Below, in pieces: positions 37,801-49,700 of a DNA stretch of 64,000 nt. This stretch comes from Klebsormidium nitens (taxonomy: Eukaryota; Plantae; Klebsormidiophyceae). Numbering within the stretch: position 1 is the first letter of the stretch; each line of letters begins with the position of its first letter. A program made the position numbers and the translations under genes. The DNA is taken from contig DF236986.1 in NCBI GenBank assembly GCA_000708835.1, positions 62,001-126,000 of the forward strand, in the 5' to 3' direction. The notes beneath the pieces are model-generated. The model was not told where the DNA came from. It made no database searches and saw nothing but the letters and a program-made list of their open reading frames with translations.

Positions 37801-39800
37801 GTGGGCGGCAAGGATGCGAAGCTTTCTATGAGCAGCCGCTCAACGAACCAGTGCTACCAGAGTCTTTGAGCCGACACCTCTCAGCGCTAGCCTTTGAGCT
37901 TTGTCTGTTTCTGAACGCGGTACGTACTGAGTGGATCATGATACTGTGCAGAAGTGCACTTCCTGCGACTCGGAGTTGCAAGATTCCACTAAGTCGCCAA
38001 TCATGAAGACATAGCAGCCTCGTATGAAAGGGGCCGGAAAGTTGCACGGGATCGCCGTCCCATACAATACGATGAAAGCCTTCTTCCGGAAGCAATCCGA
38101 TTTGAGCGCTCTTTAGAAAGCCAGCCTCGTATAGCAAGCAACAGCTGGTCGCTTAAATCTTGCCCTCTCAAACCTTACCGAGATGCATTGGCCTGCGAAC
38201 CCAACTCAAAGGTCGATATCGCTCCACGATCTTGGGCACTGACGATGATTTACGCTCCTTGAGGCTTTCGAAGCTCAAGCGACGAAAAATGCAACCGACC
38301 CGAAGGCGGGCGGAATGAATGACTGCAGTCCAACGACTTCACTTAGGTCAATCCAAATCGATGATGTCGTATGCTCAAGCTCCAATGAACTTAAACACTT
38401 GGTATCCAAAGGTCCTCACGGGGCCCTGTCTTCAGAGTCCCTCATACCTTCTTTCCTTCACCGATGACAACTTCGGAGTGGAACGAAGCTCCAATAGGGC
38501 AGAAAATCTTTGCGAACCCTCCGAGGCGATGTCGCTAATGTGTATTATTACCCACCAAACGCAACTGCGAACTTCGAAAGGCAACGAGCGTGCGTGGCTT
38601 TGATTTCGGTGTGTCATATTTGGGCCTTGCCGTATTGAAAACCTCGCAGGCAGGCCTTCCGAAAGCAGAAGCTTGGAAAAAACATCCCTAAACGCACTGA
38701 TAGACTGACCAGAGCCTGCCCAGTTGCTTCAAAACAAAGATTTGACTTCTATGACCGTTGCGGTTCCAGGCCAGTGAAATCGTATTGTGCTAAAAGCAAC
38801 GTGGGCTCGAAATTCCAGGTCACGTGGCCGTGGTCGTGGACGTGGCCACTTCGTCGCTCGAGTGAGCAGGTTACTGGCTTCTACATTTTCCCTCATTTTG
38901 CGTGGCTTTCCCCCCTGAAGAGCAGGATGTGCGACGGCAAAGATGGAGTGACGGATGAGCCATCCGCTCAATCCGAGGGAGAGTTCTGAGCCGGACAAAA
39001 AGTGTGCCCCTCTGTAAACTAAAAAAGAGACAATAATGGTCGTCGTCAGGACGTGACTTGGGCTGCAGAAACATGCTGCCGACGCGGAAAAACAAGCCCC
39101 TTCTTATCGCTATCATAGGCGCTTGCTTTTTTACGCTGGCGCCTTCAAGGTCACCCGTCGATCATCATTCTAAGACGAGAAATTAGCGGCGGCGGCTCGA
39201 ACACATCCGACGTTCATGTGGGCTGAGCCGCGTACTCAATATCTGAGTCACGATACCAAGTTGTTTCCCACGACTCACTTTCTGAAAAAAACGTGGGTCA
39301 TCCCGCTGCAAGTCGGATGACAAGAACGCCGGATCTTTTCTCTTGTGAGTGCTCTCCGTGTAGGCAGAAATTGAACTTGAAGTTGAACAACCGCTTTCGA
39401 TTCAAACGCGTTGTTGCGTATGCGTATGCAAAGGGTCAGAAGCGTGCTCGCCTGTCCACAGGAGCCCATGCAATGAAGGTGCCAATTTTTGACAAAAGAT
39501 TCACACGAAAGTATCCACTTGAACATCCGAGGCCGACCAAGATGGATTAGCGCAAGCGTGGTGTTTACGCTGTCGGACAGCCGGTGTTTTTGTAGTACAC
39601 ATTCAATTCTGTGCAATATCACCATAAGGAGAGTATCAGGGGAATGCGTCCTGATCCTCGAAAACCAATCAATAGAATTGACTCGCCTCTTCTTGACTAC
39701 AGACATGTGGGCGGCGGAAAATAAAACTTTCATTCGAACAATTCCGCTCAGACTTTCTTTTGAAACTTGCAAGGTCGCCATCTCTGCCTCATTGTCGAGA
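22900..39800. repeat. Degenerate tandem array of ~2.3-kb units of unknown origin
   Basis: Co-oriented anchor motifs recur in the same order. GGCCATGAAG.TGCCA at ~26562, 28837, 29964, 32044, 34820, 37124, 39471. (A/C)CGTGGGCGGCAGGGATGAG at ~25298, 26809, 29067, 30200, 30719, 35053, 37358, 37800, 39705. AAG.AGGTGCCA...GCGCCTAACTGACGCCG block at ~25890, 28140, 29290, 31350, 34130. GGCGATGAAGT at ~27180, 31095, 32654, 33894. Frames are not conserved between copies. Confidence 0.85.
25635..25738. repeat. Near-perfect 104-nt fold-back (inverted duplication)
   Basis: Perfect 34-bp arms 25635-25668 and 25705-25738, plus an inner 8-bp stem TTCAGCCG/CGGCTGAA and a 13-nt loop. Confidence 0.9.
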
Positions 39801-39849
39801 TTCATATGTCAATCTAGAGGTAGTACTCAGAGCGTTACGAAAAGTTCAA

Positions 39850-40549
39850 TCTCCGCTTCACGATATTGGGCAATGACGATACGCAGTGCAGGCGGAAGTG
39901 TATCCTGTGAAGTAAGCGCGACTCTCAGGTGATTTGCTCGCAGGTTGTGATCTTTTCGAATATGGTTCTGTTGGAGGAGGTTCGCGCACAGTATTTTGCG
40001 GTTTGAAAGGCAGTAGTGCTGCGACGTACACTAGCCGACCGCGGCGTGCCTCGCTAAAAGTACGCATACCCGTTCTGTCCTGAAAAATCCGCCCTTTTTG
40101 CTTTTTGCTTTTCTGAAGCTGTACTGGAATCAACTGGGCCCATGCCCGGTTGTGTTGCATCCGCAGAAAATTGACCCCCTTGAGCTCTACTTACACTGAG
40201 TGCATGACCCTTCTATCTAGTTAGCCACAGGTGCCGGCAACGCTCCTCCTCTGCTTTTCTCTGTACCCTGTTGGTCCAGGGATTTGACGTTTGCTTAAAA
40301 CAAGCGAATTTCTTTCCAGATGGTCTTTTGTAGAAGCGCATCTCAGGTGGGCCAGGCCCGTCTTTGCTAACGCAGTGCTGACGTGGTCCCCGCGCAGATT
40401 CCCCCCGACGCCCAAGAGGAGGGAAGGGGCCTGGTCTGTCCCCGGGGTACGTGCGGGTGTCGCTTGGCTTCACCGGGGCGCTGGAACATCGTTGGGAAGA
40501 GTTGCATTGAAGGCTCTCTTGGACCTGAAGCTTATCCCCGGACCGCTGA
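39850..40549 (+). pseudogene. MGL: Decayed copy of MGL exons 14-15 (3'-only fragment)
   Basis: Exon 14 remnant ...GGCGGAAGTGTATCCTGTGAAGTAAGC (~39880-39917). Exon 15 copy 40398-40549 after CGCAG acceptor (IPPDAQEE...GYVRVSLGFTGALEHRWEEL) with insertions/frameshifts and an in-frame TGA. Confidence 0.9.
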
Positions 40550-42000
40550 TCGCCCGGCGTGAACGGGTGACCGGGTTTGGATTCACGAGCTGGCCTCTCT
40601 TTTAGCTGTGCATACGTAAACACGCCGTATATGTCAGTTAGCTGTACATACAAGAGGTATTGCGCAAGACGCTACGCCTGACAAGGAAAAAGAATACAAT
40701 AGAAAGTTTAAAGGAGTCGCGTCAGGCCGCGCTGAGTGAGGCTTTGCGTTTGTCGAACAGACAAACAAAATTGATCCTAAGATCACGTTTCGAAGAATTG
40801 TGTATAGAAGTGTGCATATCAATTAACGGGAACAGAGCTGCGCCGTACCTCGCCTTTACGTTTCGCTTCCTCCTTTTTCGCATCTTGCGCATGCTTGATA
40901 ATCACGTCACCGCGCTCAATTGATCAGCTTGCTCTAAAGTTTCCAATGCATCTTGCTTCTTGGAGGCCAGATTAAGTTGCATGAACACTCGCCTTTTTCT
41001 TTCGCATGAGGGCCGAACTTAGCATGACCATACTCAAGCCTATACTATGATACAAGTCACGGCATGTTTGTCGTCCTTTCGATGCCAAGTTGACTGTTAA
41101 GAAGACTGGAATTGCAGGAACTCAGCATCGTGTTTTCATATCGGCCTATATGTTCCTCAATGCTGAATAGTCCACGCGAGTGACATGTTGGCCTCCGGAA
41201 GGTCGGAACGGTTGAATTGAAAGAGAATTAGCAAGCGCAACGATGTCGAACGCGCCTTTTCACAATGGAATGACTCCAGTTTAATGACTCATTCGTTCCT
41301 CTCGTACGCAGACTAGAGCTGCCCCATTCTTTCACGAATAAATTGCGCTTGATGTGGTGAGGCTTGCATGCTGTTTCTATGATATAAAGCATGCATGGCC
41401 ATGTATCATTTCGTGCCACTTGGCTTTGTATTTCAGGCAGCCCAGGCTCGGAGAAAAAATGTTCCTGATGTAAATGTGGATCCGCATATTCGTGGAGCGT
41501 GACATTATATCTTCTTGAAACAAGGTTGTCCGTCCTCTTCAATCGTCTCGTCAAACTTATATCTTTCTCGATCCTCGTCCTGGCCGGGTCGCGCTTAACT
41601 TTATCCACTGTAAAACAAATAGTCTGAATCTCAAATCCTGACAGTCCGTGACTCAGCTAAAGGAAGGTTTTGACAAAGCAACACAATCTCTTTGTTACCG
41701 TCGAACCTCCCTTCACGACGTACTGGTGCCGGATGACGCAAGGGCCACTCTCGTGTTGACTGTTCGGCGCTGAGTCTATAAAGAGACCAGTTACCCTGGC
41801 TGTCTGACGCGAGGGCCATTTTCGAAACGTTGTACATTCCTCGCTCCGTGCCTCCTCGTCACAAACTCCGAAGTATATACCTGTCTTTCTCTTTCCGAAT
41901 CTGGGCAGACCGTTCTGGCGTGGGAACCCGACCTGGCTATTCCCGACTCTCTCAATATCCTCAGACTTCGCGAGTCGGTCTCTAGCTGCTTCCACGTCTG
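39850..42000 (+). repeat. Segmental duplicate of ~19530-22390 (MGL 3' end and downstream flank)
   Basis: Colinear matches: 3' UTR 20324-20420 vs 40550-40640; CGCTTCCTCCTTT..CGCATC 20911 vs 40864; GGCCGG.TCGCGCT 22014 vs 41582; CGTGCCTCCTCGTCACA 22268 vs 41848; CCGACT.TCT and CGGTCT..AGCT up to ~22385 vs ~42000. Confidence 0.75.
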
Positions 42001-43702
42001 AACCCGCGACTTTAGTAGGTGGTGTACAGTGTCCGCTTACAACGGACCCGTTCGACGCTTTTTGCCAGACTCTACCGAAATTCCGGTCGGTACGTCTGAA
42101 CGTCTACCCACATCTCGCAACAGGCCCGGGGATCCCCGGGCAACTCCCGGGGCAGCAAAGCGACTGGTCTCCGTTGGCGTTGAAGCACTGGTTCGGGGTA
42201 GAAGGGGTCGGGTCAGGTGGCGGGGAAAGGCCCCGAAGCACCACATGCGGGAGCGTCGCCTGGCGTGTTGGGGCACTAGAAAAGAAACCGGGGATCAGAA
42301 AAGAAACCGGGGTTGAGGATTTTGTTCTGAGGATCTTCGCAGGAAGGGCATCGGGTCCCTATGCGACAGCAAAAGCACCCCTCGAGACAAGGATCGCGGA
42401 AGAAAATCTAAGACGTCACCCGATTTCTTCCTCAATGGCTGATCTGACAGTCCTTTGCTGTGATTTGAACGGGTTACAGTGAACGGCAGCAACGAAGAGA
42501 AGGCAACCGGATTGAAGCTCCGAGCACTTGACCAGCATGTACGTTCAAGCTTCGTTAAATTTCTTGCCGTTGCTCGCACGGACGAGGGACAGTGGGCCCA
42601 CTTTGGTAAGAATCAAAAGCATTGAACCTGTTCCAAAGCTCTGCGATCCGGTGTTCAGAGCCGAAACAGAGCTTTACCTGCTCCGGGCAACAAATGGACG
42701 CCGTTCCCTGGGCGTTGACGCACTGGTTGGGCAGGTTGCTGTTCGGATCACAAGGGGTGACCAAGGTAAGCGCCCCGGCCGACTGGCTGGCTCGCAGGGA
42801 CCGGGGTAGGTGCCCCGGGCTCTGAGTGGCTCGCCGGAGGCGCCCCGGCTGACTCTGGCGGGCTCGTAGTGATTGGGGAAGGCTCTCCGGTCACTTTTGG
42901 CGGGTTCGCACTGGTCGGGAGAGGCGCGCCTGTCGCAATGGCGGGTTCTCAGTGGTCGGTGGAGGCGCTCCGGCCAACTCTTGCCGGCTTGCAGCGATTG
43001 GGGTGGGCGCCCCGGGCTTTGACTCGAGACGTTCAATGTTCAAACCTCTAACAAACCTCCATCCTCGTATCTCTCCCCTTTTTCATTCATACAACGAGCT
43101 CTATCTCACAGCGTTGAAGGTGGGTTGCAAGAGTGGCAACGCATCTGGGTGCATGTCCGTTGTGGCATGAAAGCCTTCACGAACTTAAGATGCTATGCGA
43201 GGTTCTTGACGGATTTCGTTAAACAGAAAATGTTTGCTCCAGTGGAAGAAGAAGACAGTGGGTTGCCGTGCGACAAATCAACATGCAGATTACCGGAAAC
43301 TCGCTTTCACAATCACCGACACCTTGGCTTCAATGCTAAAAAGGTGCAAAAGCTCGTGTCGATGCTCAAGAAGACTCTCCCGGAAAGCTGGTCGAACGCC
43401 GCAAAGACAGATGCTCGAAAAACGTACCGGGATTGCAGACTGCCTGTGACTCGTCCAAGTGATCCTGCAAAAAGAGAAACTCAACGCTTTCTGTCGACGA
43501 TAAAATCGCGGGGCTAACCTTTGCGCATGCAACATCACAAGATAACGCCTTGTTCTACGCACGCCGCTCTTTTGGCTTTTCCAATAGGTACAGCGGTGGC
43601 TGGCTGACGTCTCTCCTGAAAGCACGGCTAACTAAAAGCACGTCCTAAAACCAGGTCCTAAACGCACGGGTAACTGGAACCAGGTTCGAGAAATAAGCTG
43701 CT

Positions 43703-46700
43703 TCAAGAGTGGGAGCTGGGCGCTCCAACAGTTGTGCAATCGTCTGATGCGCTGTACATAGAGAAGCAATGCATCCCCGTGCACTTTGCCCGGCTGCTCT
43801 TTAGCGGACGGAGAGCATCGTTTCGGTGCTCGTTTGAATTCACCGGAGAGTCTGCCGCGGCCGTTGCAATCTGGCCAGTCAAGGCATACACAGACCGGGT
43901 ATATTGTGAGTAGGAGAGCTAACGGCCAGTAGTACGCACCGGGCAATTCGGCCGGCCATCGCAGAGCGCTCCGTAGACGCACACGTTGGTTCCCGGGCAC
44001 TTGAAATAGCGCGGGGGACAGCTGTACGAAGAGCAGAACGAAGCGCTCTCGTCGCTACCGTCATTGCAGTCTGCACGCGAATTCGTTTGTTTAGCAAATT
44101 GGCCCTTGAACGTTTGCACTGGAAGGTAAAAGCTGAGACTGGAACTTAGAAGTCCCAGAACATGTATTGAATACAGTGGGTTTGAGCGACGAATCCGTTG
44201 CGTAACTATACGCACCCAAAGAACGTTGGAAAGAGGGCCAAGAATGTTCCTACGCGGCCCCTAAAAGCTGGGTTGCTCTTGTTGCCGCAAAATAACCAGA
44301 GGTTTTGCTAGAGAACAAAGACGCGGGTCGCAAACTCGAACTTAAAAGAATGGGTGACTTTGGAACCTACCTGCAACTCCATCGCAGAGCTGGGCCTTAA
44401 AAATGCACTGCAAGGAGAGAACAAATGCTGACGGCTCACGAAGTGAAATAAAAAACATGGATTTCTCTATGCTGCATATGAGACACAGAAGACGGATCCA
44501 TAATACAAGACGATCTGTAAAGCGCAGATTTTAGGACGTGTTAGGGGTGTTGATCTTGAAAGCCCATCAAAATTGGAAGTGGGAAGCAATGAAAGCAGAG
44601 AAAGTCTAGGAAGAGGAGAGGAAAAGCAATGGAGAACGGTACCTCATCCAAATGGTCCTGTTTACAATTTCTCAGAAAAGGTGCAGTAAAAAATCTCGAC
44701 CCGTTACCTTGACCAGTCAGCACCAGTCGACGAGAGCATGCTCTGAGTGACGTCATCGAACCGTTCCTCTGATCCCAAAGCTATTCGGCCTTTCGTACAC
44801 CGCACCGCTAGTGCAGATTATCCCTCGCGCGAGATTGCAACAGGTAGAAAACGAATGGATTGGAATGTCTGGGGACTGCTTACTTGCGCTCCCCCCGGAC
44901 ACTTGATGAAGGAAACACCGGTCTGCTGGCACTGATAGCTGGTGCAAAAGCCTACAGACTCGTCACTTCCGTCGCTGCAAACAAAACGAGTAAGGTAAGT
45001 CGCTGCACGAAAACGGAGAGACTCAAGCCGGTGCTGGAGGACCGAGAGACTTATGTCGGTGCAAGAAAAAGAGAGCGAAAAGTCGGTGCAAGAAATGAAA
45101 GAGAGATAAGCGGGTGCAAGAAATGAAAGAGAACGAATCTGCTGCGAGAAAATCGAGAGAGATAAGTAGGCTAAACGAAGAACATGATGGTGCAAGAATC
45201 GACGCGCTACTTTGATTATACTGCTTGGAACACTCGTGTCTCCCCAACAAACGATTGTGCAAGTTGTCGAAGGACTCTACTTGGGAAGATCTTCAAGACC
45301 CCCGGAACTCCGGACTAGACTTACTGTGGATGAAGGAAAACTGCTGATGCGTGGTCTGCGTGCATCTTGGAACTATGCGAAAGCCCCTTCCAGTGAAGAC
45401 TTAAACCTATCTCTTCTTGAAAAAGCGAAGCCACTCACGGGCAATCAGCTTTGCCGTTGCAAAGCCCGGAATCCTGGTGGACGCAATGAATGCCGTCAGC
45501 GCACTTCTGCTCATACAGCGGACAGCTGGCGGACTGACAGTACGACGTGTCCTCGTCCGAACCGTCCGAGCACCTGGGACGTCAGCAAGCACACGTCAGA
45601 TCAGCTGCGGCTAACGTCACCACGAGCTTCGTAGTGCGCGCGGACAGCTCACGGACAGGCTGTCCGAGTCTCTGCAACAGAACCGGGTAAGCACTGGCCG
45701 CTGGGAAATGTCGTCAGCCCACATGACTCACGCAGCGGGGCTTTGTTTCACGTACAAGCGTCAGACACGCTACGCCACTGTCTGTGCAAGATGCAAGCTG
45801 TTTCATCAAATCACAGTCATACAGTCACGAGAAAAAAGGAGATTGCCTACGGATCTGAAGAAGAGAAAGGCCTGAAGCTCTCAGAAGACAGCGAATAGAC
45901 ACAAGATTGAGTGAAGCAAGCTGAAGTTCCAAGGGAATAAGGTTATGATGTGGTATATTCTCAATATATAGCTCGAGGCCGCATGTACTGTTGTTTCAAC
46001 GGAGGTAGATAGATAGAGTAAGTAGAATTGCAGATGAGTTAACGGGACAGATTTGACCAGAAAAACCGAAGCCTACGAAAATGGAAGTGCTGAAGCGGAT
46101 CCTTAGAGAGCTATACTCACGAAACGATGCCGTCGCACAATTTCCCGTTGATGCACGTGCCGTCTTTGCACCGGATCCGTCCGCTGCTTGGGCATACGAC
46201 TTGATTGGTGCAAAATGCAAGATTTTCGTCAGATCCATCTTTGCATCCTGCGTGCCGAGATCCAGCTTTTGGAACGAACGCCGGAACAAGCCCTCCAAAC
46301 TTTCATAAGAAAGTTTCAAAAAGAATGACGCCTTCGTACAATAAGAGTCTCTCCGGCACAATCACAACTAGCGGATGCGGATGGCAGAGAACCTGCGTCC
46401 TGTGTTTAGAATCAGAGCGCGATTGTTGCTATCCCATGCAAGGCAAAGTACGTTGATATGCAGCCGGCGGATTGAAAGCACAGGCAGAAGATTTCGTGAT
46501 CAAAACCCAACCCGTTCTGACATCGAAAAGTCGATCAGTCAGCGCAGCAAGATATAGACCGTCAGAAGCATTCAGGCCGTCGCAACGAAGCTGCCAAATC
46601 ACGCTGCATCTTTAAAAGCACGTTATCTTCAAGTCGGTTACGGAACAGATCCAAGGGAAAATAGCTTCAGCACTCACTGGACCACCCGTTTGCCGGGATG

Positions 46701-49700
46701 CCGTCACAAAGGTACCGCAGATCGACGCAGCCGACCCCGCTGGGGCATCTCGTCCGTTCGGGTCCGCAGTCGTACGTCCGACACGTGGCGTCCGACTCAT
46801 CGGAGCCGTCCAAACAATTCTCTGTCGTGCCGTCGCAGATCATTGGCTCGTACAGGCAGCCCCCGTTGCCGGAAGGACACTTTGTCTCTCCATGGCCGCA
46901 CGTGTGATTGGCGCAAAAGTCGGCGCTCTCGTCACTCTTGTCGAGGCAGCTGCAGAAAGAAGGAACAGTCGGTTTTGACCTGAATGACTGTTGCGTTTCT
47001 AGCGAGTAGACCTGCATGCTTTTTTGAAACAAGGCCGCGGGTGGTCGCACAGTTTTCGCCTCTCTCCAGGCGGCTGCAACAAAGATACACAACCTGAGAT
47101 ATGAGTTCTTCCTTGCTTTCGGGAGAAGAGGTGAAACATGATACGACGTCTAGGTACCATCTTCGTTGATCGGCAACCGCCTTACCCGAAAGCACGTGAC
47201 GTGGGCACACGCGTCAGCATCAAGCCAGCGGTTCGACTTGAAGCAATCAACTACCACCGTTAAAGTCGTTGGCTGATCCCTCCTCGTGTGACGCATGCAT
47301 GTGACGTCATCTGGGCGCAGTTTCAGAAGCCCCGGCGAGCGCTGCTGGACCGACTGCCCCACAGGTGCCAACCACAAAAGTGACAGGATGATTCAGCGCA
47401 CGTGACTCACTCGTAGATGCCGTTGCAAAGGGAATCAGGGCTCATACAGCCCACGCCGCTCGGGCACTTGATCTTTAAACTGGGGTCACACGTGTCACTC
47501 GCACATAAGCCGGGGTCCTCATCGCTCCCGTCCAGACACTGCAACATGAGAAGAAACAGACGTGAGAAGGAAGTCCGCTGCAGTTTCTGAACACACTAGC
47601 AAACGGTCCAAGTGCTCAGTGGCCAAAAGAGCAAATTTAAACAGGAAAGTGGCCGACGAGTTGAAGTCCGCAAGACGTTATGCTCGTAATCCCAGGGGAT
47701 ACCCCGTGTAGGGACCAGAAGACATTTCGTTGGCGCACGTGCCTACGATCGAGCCGTCCCAGCCTCGCAACACCTATCGCACCCAATGAAGCTCCCAAAG
47801 TAGCACCTTACAACTTTGAGTTTGTGCCTTTTCTTCCATTGAGACCGAACGAACGTACTCAAGCAAAAGCTTCCCAAAGCGAGTGGATAGCCTCCTTCTC
47901 CCCGTGGAGTCGGCTATAGCAAGAAGGAAGAGGAAGTGTGCTGACTACCTCAGAACTTGTCAAATAACGGTTGCGTTATCAAGTTGCAAGAGATACGCCT
48001 TGGCCCTCACGTCATTGTCTCAACAAGCCGTTTACATCAGCCTGTGAGCGACCTCTAAAAGTTAGGGACTCTCAATCCAACCCTATATCGTCTCTCACAA
48101 AGCAGATCTAGATACTTTCGTCTGCAGGGCAAAGATAGGGAAAAGCAAGCTGCCATACGTCATGGAACCCATCGCAGTTCCGCTCAGGCCCCATATAGCA
48201 ACCCACGCCGCTGGGGCAGCGCCGGTATCTGTTAAAGCGCGCGCCTGCCATGCTGCAGTTGTACGAAGGCCCGCAGCGGGTAGCGTCTTCGTCCGAGCCG
48301 TCCGCACAGTCAACTCGTCTGCATTACTGAAAGAAGCTGAGCATGTGCCGAGGAGAAGAAGGGATACCCGAGAAGTAAGCAGCAAACTCGTCAGCGAATA
48401 AGGCCCGGGTTCAACTGAGTCGCCCGAGCAAGTGAAGACTGTTCCTTTTCAATGCGCAGATATCTGACGGTCGATCCTCCTGAAGATGATTGATGAACGG
48501 CGGTGTCCGTTCCTGAGGGAGTAACCTGGTTACGCCAAGAAGAAAAGGGCTCATTCCCCCATACATCTGCACCTCTGCTCAGCAAACATGCGTCGAGAAT
48601 TACGAGAATTAATCGTAGTGATTCTGAAGGTCAAAAGCCACAAGTGCACTCTGGCTAATAAAGAAGAAGCTTTCCGAGGCCTTGAACAGACTGCCTTACG
48701 AAGGGGGGACGAGGAACTTTTCAAGCAATGTGTATTTTAATAATCTGCTAGGCAGCAAAGCACGAGGACCTACGTCTAGAAAAGCATTAACTCACCCATC
48801 GCAAACTTTGAAGCGGCTAATGCAGATGTTGCCGCACTTGAAAGACTCGTTGGGGCATGCATAGCTCGAGCAGAGAGCAGGGTCTTCGTCGCTTCCGTCC
48901 TGAAACGACCCAACTTTTCCGTTGGTTTCTCTCTGTTGCGCGGGAAAGACTCGGGAGTAGAAAACGGCACACGTCTTGGAAAGATCGCTGCTCATCGCTG
49001 CTCATCGCTGCTTATTGAACCTCAGAAAATTGGTACTATGATGAGAGAGCTTAGCTATACTCACGCTGCAGTCATTTGCTCCATCACAGATGGAGGTCGG
49101 GAAACCGGGCGGAATGAGTGCGCCGCTGAATGATTCGAGTGGGTTGGGCCCACTCTGTGCGGGGATGCACTGCTTCACTCCGGGGCACGTCAAAGCGCGC
49201 ATGCTCGCGCAGTCGTAGCTTGCGCAGAAGGAAGGGTCTTCGTCGCTGTTGTCGGGGCAGTCCTCTGAAAGAGTACGAGAAAGAGAAGAAACCTTGAGAG
49301 CAAACAAACGAGCGCAAATGTTACCAGGTCCTTTTGAGTTGTAGTATTTTGATAGATGACACAACAACCCTGTCCCACTCAAGCAGTCAACGGTAGGCGC
49401 AGCAGAATCCTCGTTGACCTCTTCAGGGCCTTCTCTACTGCAAAGCAGAGGATAGAGGACGTAATAGGATTCAATTCAATGGATGCTGGATCAAGAGAAT
49501 GTTGCGTTGCTGCTATCGGCTGATCGCTGGGCAGTCCAGTTATGTAGAGAAGAACGTTGAACAACTCAGAAACGCTGACAGGTAAACTCCAATTAGTCTG
49601 ATATTGTTGTCAGGTCCAGGGAAGAGAAGCATGGAAAGGACGAGATGAACGAAAGACCAGAAGTCGTGAAGAAAGATGCGAATTCGAAGCGCAATTGTAG

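Noticed and set aside
23000-39800. Individual 60-176 aa ORFs in the array as genes
   Set aside because: Homologous DNA reads in different frames in different copies with many stops; no intact CDS can be supported.
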